A DNA stretch of 64,000 nt from Bacteroidales bacterium (lineage in GTDB: Bacteria > Bacteroidota > Bacteroidia > Bacteroidales > WCHB1-69): assembly GCA_045222555.1 (NCBI GenBank), contig JBGUYY010000072.1, positions 67,347 to 131,346 of the forward strand, in the 5' to 3' direction. A program made the position numbers and the translations under genes. Shown in pieces: positions 55,561 through 64,000 of this stretch (position 1 is the first letter of the stretch; each line of letters starts with the position of its first letter). The notes beneath the pieces were generated by a model, which saw only the letters and a program-made list of their open reading frames with translations, did no database searches and had not been told where the DNA came from.

Positions 55561-57300
55561 ATGAAGAAAATAATCTTACCTATCCTGTTGTTTGCGGCCG
55601 TTTTAGGCCTTCAGGCACAAAACAAGAGCGATGTTTTGGTGATCATTGGCAACGATACGGTCACTGTGGATGAATTTGCAAAGGCCTATGGCAAGAACAA
55701 CAATTTGGCCACTGCTACGGAAAAAGACCTCCGCGAGTATCTGGATTTGTTCATCAATTTCAAGATGAAGGTGAAGGAAGGTGAGCTGCTGCAGCTCGAC
55801 ACTTCCCGCCAGTTTAAGATGGAGCTGAAGCAGTACCAGAACCAGTCGGCACAACAGTTTCTCGTTGACAAGGAGGTGACCAAGGAGCTGGAGGATGAGG
55901 TGCTGACCCGTGCCATGAGCGACATCCGCGCATCGCATATCCTTGTGAATTGCAGCGAGATGGCCAAGCCGCAGGACACGCTGGCCGCCTACAACAAGAT
56001 CAAGAATATCCGTAATGAAATCCTGTCGGGCTCTATCTCTTTCGCGGATGCAGCCGTCAAGTACTCCGATGACCCCTCCGCCCGCGACATGGTGAACCCG
56101 CAGACCCAGCGTCTGCATCCCGGCAACAAGGGCGACCTCGGCTATTTCACCGTCTTCGATCTGATCTATCCTTTCGAGACCGCCGCCTACAACACGCCGG
56201 TCGGACAGGTGTCGCAGCCGGTGCGCACGCAGTTCGGCTACCACATCATCTATGTGCAGGACCGCATCGACGCCATTCAGGAGATCGCTATCGAACAGGT
56301 GTATGTATCTGACTCGCTGGCGAAGAACGGCAACAAGCTGCCTACCACCACCTTCAAGCTTGCAGCCGCCCAGCAGGCACTGCAAAGCGGTACTGACTTC
56401 GGCGATGTGGCCCGCCAGTATTCGGACGACAGCGACGTGGCAGTGACCGGCGGCCGTCAGGAGCCTTTCGCCCCCAACCGCCGTCAAGGCGACTTTGTGA
56501 AGGCTATCCTCTCGCTCAAGGCAGGGGAGGTGTCGCAACCCATCGCTTCCCAGAACGGCTGGCATATCATCCGGGTAGTCAACATAAAACCGTTTGTGCT
56601 CGACGAGGACTCGCGCTATACGCTCATCAACCGCATCTCCCGCGACAGCCGCTCTCACAAGAGCAAAGGGGCTTTCATCGAGAAATTGAAAAAAGAGTAC
56701 AACTACAAAGAGCCCGGACGGGCCAAGGCGATGAAGGCCTTCTTGAAAAACATGCCCGCCGAGTTCTTCCAGAGCAAAGAGGCTGACCTCTCCACCATCA
56801 AAGGTATTGAGAAGCTTTCGCCGATGGCCACCTTCGCCGATGTGACCATCACCGCTGAGGAGTTCGGTAAGTACATCAACCGCTTCAAGGGAATGCGCCT
56901 CAACCAAGACGAGTTCGCCCCCTTCCTGGAGGAGCGTTTCGACATGTTCGTTCAGGATAAGATGAACCGCTACGAGAACGCCCACCTGTTGGAGAAATAT
57001 TCCGACCTCCGCGAGCTCGTTCAGGAGTTCCACGACGGTATGGTGCTGTACGAAATCAACACCTCCAAGGTGTGGGCGGCCGCCGTGCAGGATTCTGTGG
57101 GTTTGGAGAAATTCTATGCGGAAAACACCAGCCGCTACCTCGACCCCGCCACACAGCAGCCCAAGCCGCTCTCCGAAATCCGCGCCATCGTCATCACCGA
57201 CTTCCAAGAGTACCTCGACAAGCAGTGGATTCTTGAACTTCGCGAAAAGTACCAGCCTGTCATCAACGAAAAAGCTTTGTCTACCCTCATCAAAAAGTAA
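55561..57300 (+). CDS. SurA/PpiD-like periplasmic chaperone with parvulin-type peptidyl-prolyl isomerase domains
   Basis: Start at MKKIILPILLFAAVLGLQAQ. Parvulin motifs RASHILV.., FGYHIIYV, NGWHIIRV. Confidence 0.8.
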   Translation: MKKIILPILLFAAVLGLQAQNKSDVLVIIGNDTVTVDEFAKAYGKNNNLATATEKDLREYLDLFINFKMKVKEGELLQLDTSRQFKMELKQYQNQSAQQFLVDKEVTKELEDEVLTRAMSDIRASHILVNCSEMAKPQDTLAAYNKIKNIRNEILSGSISFADAAVKYSDDPSARDMVNPQTQRLHPGNKGDLGYFTVFDLIYPFETAAYNTPVGQVSQPVRTQFGYHIIYVQDRIDAIQEIAIEQVYVSDSLAKNGNKLPTTTFKLAAAQQALQSGTDFGDVARQYSDDSDVAVTGGRQEPFAPNRRQGDFVKAILSLKAGEVSQPIASQNGWHIIRVVNIKPFVLDEDSRYTLINRISRDSRSHKSKGAFIEKLKKEYNYKEPGRAKAMKAFLKNMPAEFFQSKEADLSTIKGIEKLSPMATFADVTITAEEFGKYINRFKGMRLNQDEFAPFLEERFDMFVQDKMNRYENAHLLEKYSDLRELVQEFHDGMVLYEINTSKVWAAAVQDSVGLEKFYAENTSRYLDPATQQPKPLSEIRAIVITDFQEYLDKQWILELREKYQPVINEKALSTLIKK

Positions 57301-57302
57301 AC

Positions 57303-58136
57303 GTGAAACGCGCCTGCCTCCTCTTCCTGCTCCCGCTTTGCCTGCTGGCCAGTTGCCGGCACGATGACCGCGTAGTGGCTGAGGTGCACAACCACAAGCT
57401 CTATGCCTCTGAGGTGGGACAGCTCGTGCCGTCTGGACTGAGTGCCGCCGACAGCGCCGACTTCGCCAAACATATCATCAACGACTGGATTATGGAGCAG
57501 GTGATTCTGGCAGAAGCGGATAAGACCTTGACAGTTAAAGAGAAAGTGTTTGATGATGAGCTGGAAGAGTACCGCAAGACTTTACTCAAGAACCGTTATT
57601 TTGAGAAAATCACCTCCGATCCCGAGAAATTCAAGGTGAGCGATGAGGAGGTGAAGGAAATTATCAAGCAGAGCAAGGTCAGCTTGGTGCCCGACAAGGA
57701 GATCGTGAAGATCAACTATGTGAAGCTGCCCCGTCAGTCGGCGGTGCGCGAAGAGCTGAAGGAGATTCTTTTCGACGAGTCCCGCCGACTCACCGAGAAG
57801 GAGCGCATCGCTGAGCTGTGCGCCGACTCCATCGAGTACTTCATCACCGACGACCAGTGGCTGTTCTGGGAGGACATCCAGCTGGAAACGGGCATCACCC
57901 TCGACCGTAACTTGCAAGGACTGGACTTCCCCCTCACAATGGAAAAGGTGGTGAATGAGGATGAGTACCTGATGGTGATCCTTGACTTCCGGTCGGAATC
58001 CACCGGCGAGGAGTCGAAAGACTACTTCGAGAGCGTGCGTACCATGCTCATCCAGAAAAAGAAAAATGAATTCATCCAAAAAAAGATGAAAGAATTATAC
58101 CAAGAAGCAGATAAAAAAGGTAAAATTAACCAGTAA
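57303..58136 (+). CDS. Hypothetical lipoprotein (SurA N-terminal-domain-like chaperone?)
   Basis: GTG start 2 nt after the PPIase stop. MKRACLLFLLPLCLLASC lipobox. Confidence 0.45.
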   Translation: MKRACLLFLLPLCLLASCRHDDRVVAEVHNHKLYASEVGQLVPSGLSAADSADFAKHIINDWIMEQVILAEADKTLTVKEKVFDDELEEYRKTLLKNRYFEKITSDPEKFKVSDEEVKEIIKQSKVSLVPDKEIVKINYVKLPRQSAVREELKEILFDESRRLTEKERIAELCADSIEYFITDDQWLFWEDIQLETGITLDRNLQGLDFPLTMEKVVNEDEYLMVILDFRSESTGEESKDYFESVRTMLIQKKKNEFIQKKMKELYQEADKKGKINQ

Positions 58137-58141
58137 ACACC

Positions 58142-59755
58142 ATGACATTATCCTATACCGCAGTTATCATCATCTCCATTATACAAGTCGTCGGCTTCCA
58201 GCTCGGTCTGTGGACCATCTTCAAGAAGGCAGGACTGAAAGGGTGGCTTTCCATCATCCCGGTTTACCGCACATGGCTTTGGCTGCGCAAAGTCATCGAC
58301 CGTCCTTGGTGGTGGATGATCTTCTGGGTCATGCCCTTCATCGGCGTGTTTATGGTGTATTATATGATTTGGGAAACGATAAGATGCTTTAACAAAAGAA
58401 GTTACCTGTATCTTATCCCAGGCACATTCTTCTACTTCTTTTATCTGCCCTATTTAGGATTGGCCAAGAAAGAGAAATACACACCCAAGTCGGAGCAGCC
58501 GGAGTTCAAGAAGTCGTGGGCTCGTGGATGGGGCGATGCCATCATCTTCGCAGTGGCGGCAGCCTTCATCGTGCGCTCCTTCATCTTCGAGCTATACACC
58601 ATCCCCTCCTCCTCCATGGAGGGCACCATGATGGTGGGTGACTATCTGGCAGTGAGCAAACACCATTACGGTCAGCGCATCCCGCAGACGGTCTTTGCCC
58701 TGCCCTTCATGCACCACACGCTGGTGCTTACCAAGACCGTGCCTTCGTATGTGGACTGGATTGAACTGCCCTACATGCGTATTCCGGGAACTTCTTCCGT
58801 GAAAAACAACGATCCTATTGTCTTCAACTATCCCGACGGCGACACGGTGGCCATTGAAATGCAGAATTGCAGCTATTATGACATTGTGCGTGCCTTTGAC
58901 CGCATCATGGATCCCAACGTTGGGGAGACCGAGGCAGATGCCATTGCCAGAAGCTATGGGCAACCCAGTGCTGCCAGTATCCGCAGTCGGTTTCAGGGAC
59001 AGTCGGGACATGATGTGGTGGGTAAGCTGTTTACGGTCAAGTACCGTCCTACTGACAAGCGCGAAAACTACGTCAAGCGCTGTATTGCCATCCATGGCGA
59101 CAAACTGGAGATTAAGGATGGTGTGGTGTATATTAATGGGAAGAAGGCACCGGTGCCTGAACGCCGCCAGTTCTGCTATCAGGTGCCCAATGGCGGTATC
59201 TCTCCGCGCACCATCAAGAAGATGCGTATCAATGCGCAGGATGTCCGTAGCGACGCAGCAGGCAACCAGTATCTCCATCTTTCTGATGAACAGGCCTCCC
59301 ACCTTCGTGATATGGGCAAGATACTCAATTTGCAAATCGAGCAGGAGGGTGTCTACTCTTCTGATATCTTCCCCCATGACCCGCGCTACAAGTGGAATAA
59401 GGACAATTTCGGCCCCGTCATCATCCCCGAAAAAGGAGCAACGGTTGAACTGAACGACTCCACTATCGTGCTGTATGAAAGGATTATCAAGAATTATGAG
59501 TTGAACGATTTGGAGGTGAAGAACGGCAAGATTTACATCAACGGGGAGGTGGCGACGAGCTATACCTTCAAGATGAACTACTATTTCATGATGGGCGACA
59601 ACCGTCACAACTCTGCCGACTCGCGCTGCTGGGGCTTTGTGCCGGAAGACCATATTGTTGGAAAGCCTGTGTTTGTGTGGATGTCGTTAGACAAAGACCG
59701 CAGTTGGGGAGATGGCAAGGTGCGTTGGAAACGGATGTTTCGTGTTTGTAAATAA
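58142..59755 (+). CDS. lepB: Signal peptidase I (S26) with an N-terminal multi-TM extension
   Basis: SSSMEGTMMVGD (catalytic Ser box), YVKRCIAIHGDKL (Lys box), GDNRHNSADSRCWGFVP. ~130-aa N-terminal membrane region, DUF5684-like. Confidence 0.85.
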   Translation: MTLSYTAVIIISIIQVVGFQLGLWTIFKKAGLKGWLSIIPVYRTWLWLRKVIDRPWWWMIFWVMPFIGVFMVYYMIWETIRCFNKRSYLYLIPGTFFYFFYLPYLGLAKKEKYTPKSEQPEFKKSWARGWGDAIIFAVAAAFIVRSFIFELYTIPSSSMEGTMMVGDYLAVSKHHYGQRIPQTVFALPFMHHTLVLTKTVPSYVDWIELPYMRIPGTSSVKNNDPIVFNYPDGDTVAIEMQNCSYYDIVRAFDRIMDPNVGETEADAIARSYGQPSAASIRSRFQGQSGHDVVGKLFTVKYRPTDKRENYVKRCIAIHGDKLEIKDGVVYINGKKAPVPERRQFCYQVPNGGISPRTIKKMRINAQDVRSDAAGNQYLHLSDEQASHLRDMGKILNLQIEQEGVYSSDIFPHDPRYKWNKDNFGPVIIPEKGATVELNDSTIVLYERIIKNYELNDLEVKNGKIYINGEVATSYTFKMNYYFMMGDNRHNSADSRCWGFVPEDHIVGKPVFVWMSLDKDRSWGDGKVRWKRMFRVCK

Positions 59756-59786
59756 AGTGTTGATTTTTAATAAAATATAAAAATTA

Positions 59787-61367
59787 ATGGCCTCCAAGTT
59801 CAAAATCCCGCACACCTTCACCATTGTGTTTTTCATTGTGGTGGCTTGTGCCATCCTCACGTGGGTGGTGCCGGGAGGCGAGTTCCAGCGTGATGCGGCG
59901 GGGAATGTGGTGGAAGGGACCTACCATCAGGTGGAGAGCCAGCCCCAGACCTGGCAGGTGTTCACGGCCTTTTTCGCCGGTTTCAAGAAAGCCGCCGATA
60001 TCATTGTCTTCATCCTGATGATTGGCGGAGCCTTCTGGATTCTCAACGAGACCAACGCCGTGACGCGGGGCATCTACTCTTTTTTGGACTTTACACAAAA
60101 GCTACAGCGCTTTAAGCCCTTTGAAAAGATGGGGGTGAATAACCTTGTGATTATCCTTATTATACTATTATTCAGTGCTTTTGGTGCGATATTTGGGATG
60201 AGCGAGGAGACGTTGGCCTTTGTGGCAATATTCGTGCCGTTGGCCATCTCCATGGGGTACGATTCGGTGACGGGCGTGCTGATGTGCTATGTGGCGGCGC
60301 ATGTGGGCTTTGCCGGTGCGCTGTTCAACCCGTTCACCATCGGCATTGCGCAGGGTTTGTCGGGATTGCAGCCTTTCTCGGGCTTGGGTTATCGCTTGAT
60401 ATGTTGGCTCATCCTTACCTTGATCGCCATCATCTTCACCTTGTGGTATGCCCACCGCGTGAAGCGGCATCCTGAGAAGTCGATCATGCACGAGGCCGAC
60501 TCGTACTGGCGCGACAAGGTACTGCAGCAGCAGGAGCAGGAGCACCGCCGGTCGAACTATGCCACATGGATTGTCTTCGGTTTGGTGAGTGCTTTGCTGC
60601 TGTTCTTAGCAATACGTTTCCCCTTCACCGACATTACGTTAGGCGGCCACAAGAGTCACCTGCTCATCTTCCCCATTGTGGCGGCGGTGTTTACGGTGTG
60701 GGGTGTTTTTGCTGCCCGTCGGTCGTCGCAGAGTTACATCATGTCGCTGTTGTTTCTGACGATTGTGATGCTGGTGGTAGGAGTCTTGGGGTATGGATGG
60801 TATGTGAAAGAGATTGCAGCGCTGTTCTTTGCGATGGGCATTGCGGCAGGATTCGCTTACGGACTGCGGTTCGACAAGATTATTAGGCAATTTTTGGAGG
60901 GATGTAAGGATATGCTGAATGCGGCGTTGATTGTGGGCATGGCGGGAGGTATCATCATCATCTTGCAGGACGGGCATATCGTTGATACGCTGTTGTACGG
61001 CTCTTCCACGGCGGTGGCGCACAGCGGGAAGGAGGGTGCGTTAGGGGGTATCTACCTTATCCAAAACCTGCTTAACCTCATCATCCCGTCAGGTTCTGCC
61101 AAGGCCGCCCTCACCATCCCTATGATGGCCGAGTTCTCCGACTTGATTGGTATTTCGCGGCAAACCAACGTGTTAGCCTTCCAGTTCGGCGATGGATTTA
61201 CCAACATGATTACTCCCACCTCGGGCGTGCTCATTGGTGTGTTGGGCATAGCTCGCATTCCGTACGCCAAGTGGGCGAAATTTATTTTCCCATTTATCCT
61301 TTTCCTGATAATTGTAGGATTTTTGTTACTTTTGCCAACCATTTATTTACCTTTAGACGGATTTTAA
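59787..61367 (+). CDS. yfcC: YfcC-family (C4-dicarboxylate anaerobic carrier-like) membrane transporter
   Basis: 526 aa, polytopic. N-terminus KIPHTFTIVFFIVVACAILTWVVPGGEFQRD is typical of YfcC. Confidence 0.75.
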   Translation: MASKFKIPHTFTIVFFIVVACAILTWVVPGGEFQRDAAGNVVEGTYHQVESQPQTWQVFTAFFAGFKKAADIIVFILMIGGAFWILNETNAVTRGIYSFLDFTQKLQRFKPFEKMGVNNLVIILIILLFSAFGAIFGMSEETLAFVAIFVPLAISMGYDSVTGVLMCYVAAHVGFAGALFNPFTIGIAQGLSGLQPFSGLGYRLICWLILTLIAIIFTLWYAHRVKRHPEKSIMHEADSYWRDKVLQQQEQEHRRSNYATWIVFGLVSALLLFLAIRFPFTDITLGGHKSHLLIFPIVAAVFTVWGVFAARRSSQSYIMSLLFLTIVMLVVGVLGYGWYVKEIAALFFAMGIAAGFAYGLRFDKIIRQFLEGCKDMLNAALIVGMAGGIIIILQDGHIVDTLLYGSSTAVAHSGKEGALGGIYLIQNLLNLIIPSGSAKAALTIPMMAEFSDLIGISRQTNVLAFQFGDGFTNMITPTSGVLIGVLGIARIPYAKWAKFIFPFILFLIIVGFLLLLPTIYLPLDGF

Positions 61368-61373
61368 CCTACC

Positions 61374-62279
61374 ATGAAAAGATACGTATTTTTGATAGCC
61401 ATTTTGTTGTTCACCACGGCTTATCGAGCTTATTCACAGTATGATAATTATTACTTCTACAATAGCTTTGAGGCTTGGGAAGGCGGCCTTGACTTTGGTG
61501 TGAACTCCTTTTACGGAGACATCAATGACAACACCAACAAGATTTTTCCTGCCACTCCGTTCCAGGCATCCTTCTACAAAGACCGCCATTTTGTGGTCGG
61601 CGGCTACTTTGGCAAGCGCATGACACCCTTCTGGACGCTCGCTTTGGACATGAAATTCGGTCGAGTTTCTGGCAAGACCAAATATGGCATTGATGAGCAT
61701 TCTGCGGTAGCCTTTCGCACCTCATGGAATACGGAGGTGGTGATTTCCAATACGTTGGATATCCTTTCCATGTGCAACCTCAACACCAATTGGGCGTTAT
61801 ATCCCAAGATTGGCTTTGGGGTATATGCGTTCCGTTCGACGATGTGGGATGTGAACACTGGTGAGGTTTTGGGAGCTTTCCCGGGCGAGGCGGTTTTCAA
61901 TACCAACCGCAACGAGACGTTGGCGACGGGCTACCGCGCTGTGTTTGCCATGCCGGTGATGATAGGGGCAAGTTACCGTCCGTTGCCCGAACTGCGCATC
62001 TTCCTCGAGACGGGCATCACGTGGTCCTGTACCGACATGCTGGACGCTTACCAGTCGAATGCGCGGGCTTTCGAAGGGGTGTGGAACACGATGATAGGGG
62101 TGAGCTACCAGTTTGATTTCAAGCCTTATTTGCGGGGCAATCCGCGCAACAACACCGCCAACGATGCTTTGAAAGACGATGGCGTGACGAAGAAGTACAA
62201 GAAGATGCGTTACAAGTCGAACCTCGGCACGGGCAAGCCGCGCTACAGCAAGAGCAGTGCAATGAAGAAGCACCAATAG
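61374..62279 (+). CDS. Outer-membrane beta-barrel protein (hypothetical)
   Basis: Signal peptide ..AYRAYSQ. Alternating aromatic/Gly beta-strand pattern. Basic C-terminal tail. Confidence 0.45.
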   Translation: MKRYVFLIAILLFTTAYRAYSQYDNYYFYNSFEAWEGGLDFGVNSFYGDINDNTNKIFPATPFQASFYKDRHFVVGGYFGKRMTPFWTLALDMKFGRVSGKTKYGIDEHSAVAFRTSWNTEVVISNTLDILSMCNLNTNWALYPKIGFGVYAFRSTMWDVNTGEVLGAFPGEAVFNTNRNETLATGYRAVFAMPVMIGASYRPLPELRIFLETGITWSCTDMLDAYQSNARAFEGVWNTMIGVSYQFDFKPYLRGNPRNNTANDALKDDGVTKKYKKMRYKSNLGTGKPRYSKSSAMKKHQ

Positions 62280-62308
62280 GGTAGGGAAGACCGCGATTTT
62301 TTGGATTA

Positions 62309-63319
62309 TTACTCTTCTCTCTTCTCCATCATACCCCGTATTTGTTTGTCGAAATCGGAGTCGATACGTTGTGTCTTGTTGAAAATGTCGTACTCGCTCT
62401 CTGCCTTTGTTTGGGCCTCGGCTGCTGAGATGTGTCCTTTGTAGGGCAAAATTTTATAGTCGTTGAAAGCGAGAAATTTCTCCACACTGGCGGCAAACTG
62501 CTCCATCGTGAATGCATTGTGCAGTTCTATCTGGTTTTCGATATAGTCGAAATAAGACGTTACGGCACGTTCCAGCCGGTGGATCTCATTTTCGGGCAGA
62601 TAGTTCTTGGCTATCGACACATCGCTTTTCAGGATGCGGCCGTCTGGGGCGTTCTTCCACGTGGAGAGCCCCATATTCTCCTTGGTATGGTCGGCACTAT
62701 GGTAAATGATTTCCGCTGCCGTCTGGCCAGTGATGGCGTAATGGAAACGGTTCTGAATCATAGCGTAGAAATCGTGCGTGGTAGGCGCATTTTTGTCGTA
62801 GTCGATGCTGCACTCGGCATAGATATCGGTGATCTGCTGCCAGATGCGTCGCTCGCTGGCACGGATGGAACGAACCCTTTCGAGCAATTCGCGGAAATAA
62901 TCTGTTCCAAAGACAGCTGTTCCTTGTTTCAAGCGTTCATCATCGAGGATGAATCCCTTGCGGATATATTCGTTGAGGATCTTGGTCGCCCACTGGCGGA
63001 ACTTGGTGGCACGGGCGGAGGAAACACGGTATCCGACGGAGATGATAACGTCGAGATTATAATATTCCACGTCCTCTTCCACCTCGCCTCTTATTCCTCG
63101 GTTCACGATGGTTGCAAATTTTGCAACAGTCGCTTCTTTAGAGAGTTCGCCTTCCTTGAAAATGTTGGCAATATGTCTGCTGATGCCAGATTTGTCAACT
63201 CCAAACAGCTGTGACATCACCTTTTGGGTGCACCATACATTTTCGTCTTTCATCACTACCTGCACACGGCCTTCTTCATCGGGCAGATTGTAAAGCAAGA
63301 ATTCAATTTCAGTTTTCAT
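62309..63319 (-). CDS. rhuM: RhuM-family virulence-associated protein
   Basis: 336 aa. EIEFLLYNLPDEEGRVQVVMKDENVWCTQKVMSQLFGVDKSGISRHIANIFKEGEL.. is the RhuM N-terminal signature. Confidence 0.85.
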   Translation of the reverse strand: MKTEIEFLLYNLPDEEGRVQVVMKDENVWCTQKVMSQLFGVDKSGISRHIANIFKEGELSKEATVAKFATIVNRGIRGEVEEDVEYYNLDVIISVGYRVSSARATKFRQWATKILNEYIRKGFILDDERLKQGTAVFGTDYFRELLERVRSIRASERRIWQQITDIYAECSIDYDKNAPTTHDFYAMIQNRFHYAITGQTAAEIIYHSADHTKENMGLSTWKNAPDGRILKSDVSIAKNYLPENEIHRLERAVTSYFDYIENQIELHNAFTMEQFAASVEKFLAFNDYKILPYKGHISAAEAQTKAESEYDIFNKTQRIDSDFDKQIRGMMEKREE

Positions 63320-63397
63320 GATGTGTTAGATTTTGATGTTATAAAGTAGAATGAGTTGGTTCGTGTTGGTTGTTGGCATTCTGCACTATTGTGGGTG

Positions 63398-63405
63398 CAA
63401 AAGTA
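63398..63405 (-). promoter_or_regulatory. -7 box (reverse complement TACTTTTG) for rhuM
   Basis: Plus strand CAAAAGTA, 79 nt upstream of ATG 63319. Confidence 0.45.
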
Positions 63406-63822
63406 AGAAATTTTATCGGTTCATGGATGTTTACACAGGCAATAATGTACAATTTCTTCACGCCTCCATTTGCAAGGCGGCGGTGAGCCTGAACCCGCAA
63501 GGCGTGTCATTGTGCTATTTTTGTGTGTCGAAGACACACCATCTCAGTAACCCCTGACAAACGAAACGAAGTGGAGTGCAGTCTGGGGTACGGCGGTCAC
63601 CCGCGATATAAAGCGTGTCGGAGACACGCGACTATTGATCACCATCACGTGCCTGAGCCTGTTGAAGGCACCGCGAATGGCGTGGAAAGGTGGGGGTTCC
63701 GTTACTGTGCTGTGCTTGCAACAGGATGGTGGGGTGCATAGAAAAATAGGATGGGCTGTGAAGGTTACAGATTGTTGTGTACCTTCTAAAAGTTGGCTTT
63801 GTCGTAGAAAGAAATGCGGACG

Positions 63823-64000
63823 TTATCTTTGAACATATATAGCTTTCCCTGAAAGATTTTTTGATGTTATGGGAATATAAACGCCATAAGAAATAACCCC
63901 ACCACTATTAGAGGTACTCACATTTTCAAGAATAATTCCGTTTGCTCCAATTTTTGCGGCCTGGCATTTCAATTCTTCCACTGCGTAGTTTAAACGATCT
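63823..64000 (-). CDS. Partial CDS (C-terminal 58 codons) of a hypothetical protein; N-terminus beyond the right edge
   Basis: Own reverse-strand translation: DRLNYAVEELKCQAAKIGANGIILENVSTSNSGGVISYGVYIPITSKNLSGKAIYVQR*, stop at 63823-63825. Confidence 0.5.
   Translation of the reverse strand, partial: DRLNYAVEELKCQAAKIGANGIILENVSTSNSGGVISYGVYIPITSKNLSGKAIYVQR

Noticed and set aside
55603-57207. 534-aa ORF antisense to the SurA-like PPIase gene
   Set aside because: Same reasoning: an unbroken antisense frame typical of GC3-rich genes. The sense strand carries parvulin motifs and a signal peptide.

Overview
The window looks like a chromosomal segment of a Bacteroidota (Bacteroidales-like) genome. 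The evidence is a type IX secretion (T9SS) gene set, many TAnnTTTG '-7' promoter boxes in front of genes, and signal peptides ending in '..AQ'. All calls come from reading the sequence and ORF track against remembered family signatures; no searches were run.

Layout:
- 1-11.2 kb: T9SS core neighbourhood (gldJ partial, porP/sprF, porU, porV), with ispF and manA, plus a cargo protein carrying a type-B T9SS C-terminal domain.
- 11.3-12.2 kb: a REP-associated tyrosine transposase (RAYT) with its 30-nt palindromic REP upstream, downstream and inside its own reading frame.
- 12.2-17.6 kb: housekeeping genes (tsaE, yraN, hutU, arcC, tRNA-Lys).
- 17.7-27.4 kb: an ECF sigma/anti-sigma pair heading a co-directional run of secreted or lipoproteins of unknown function (PEGA, FISUMP, LPP20-like, transglutaminase-like).
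- 27.4-41.6 kb: a GC-rich block of glycan and peptide degradation genes (GH97, M28, GH78-like, MBOAT plus partner, GH89, prolyl oligopeptidase).
- 42.2-53.9 kb: a compositionally patchy accessory stretch of orphan secreted proteins, an AAA/DUF4143 ATPase, a HemN-like radical SAM gene, an AT-rich nuclease-like module, a second RAYT with a different REP family again embedded in its own CDS, and a CAT-like acetyltransferase.
- 53.9-64 kb: nhaC, a SurA-like PPIase, lepB, yfcC, an outer-membrane protein, rhuM and a partial CDS.

Best candidates for something undescribed:
1. The AT-rich module at 48.96-50.79 kb. It has two PD-(D/E)xK-like ORFs joined at an A9 tract, no methyltransferase, and no family I can name.
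2. Two unrelated REP families have each colonised the homologous loop of their cognate RAYT gene in frame. A REP1-like palindrome also sits in frame inside the GH97 gene.
3. The ECF-sigma-led eight-gene envelope operon.
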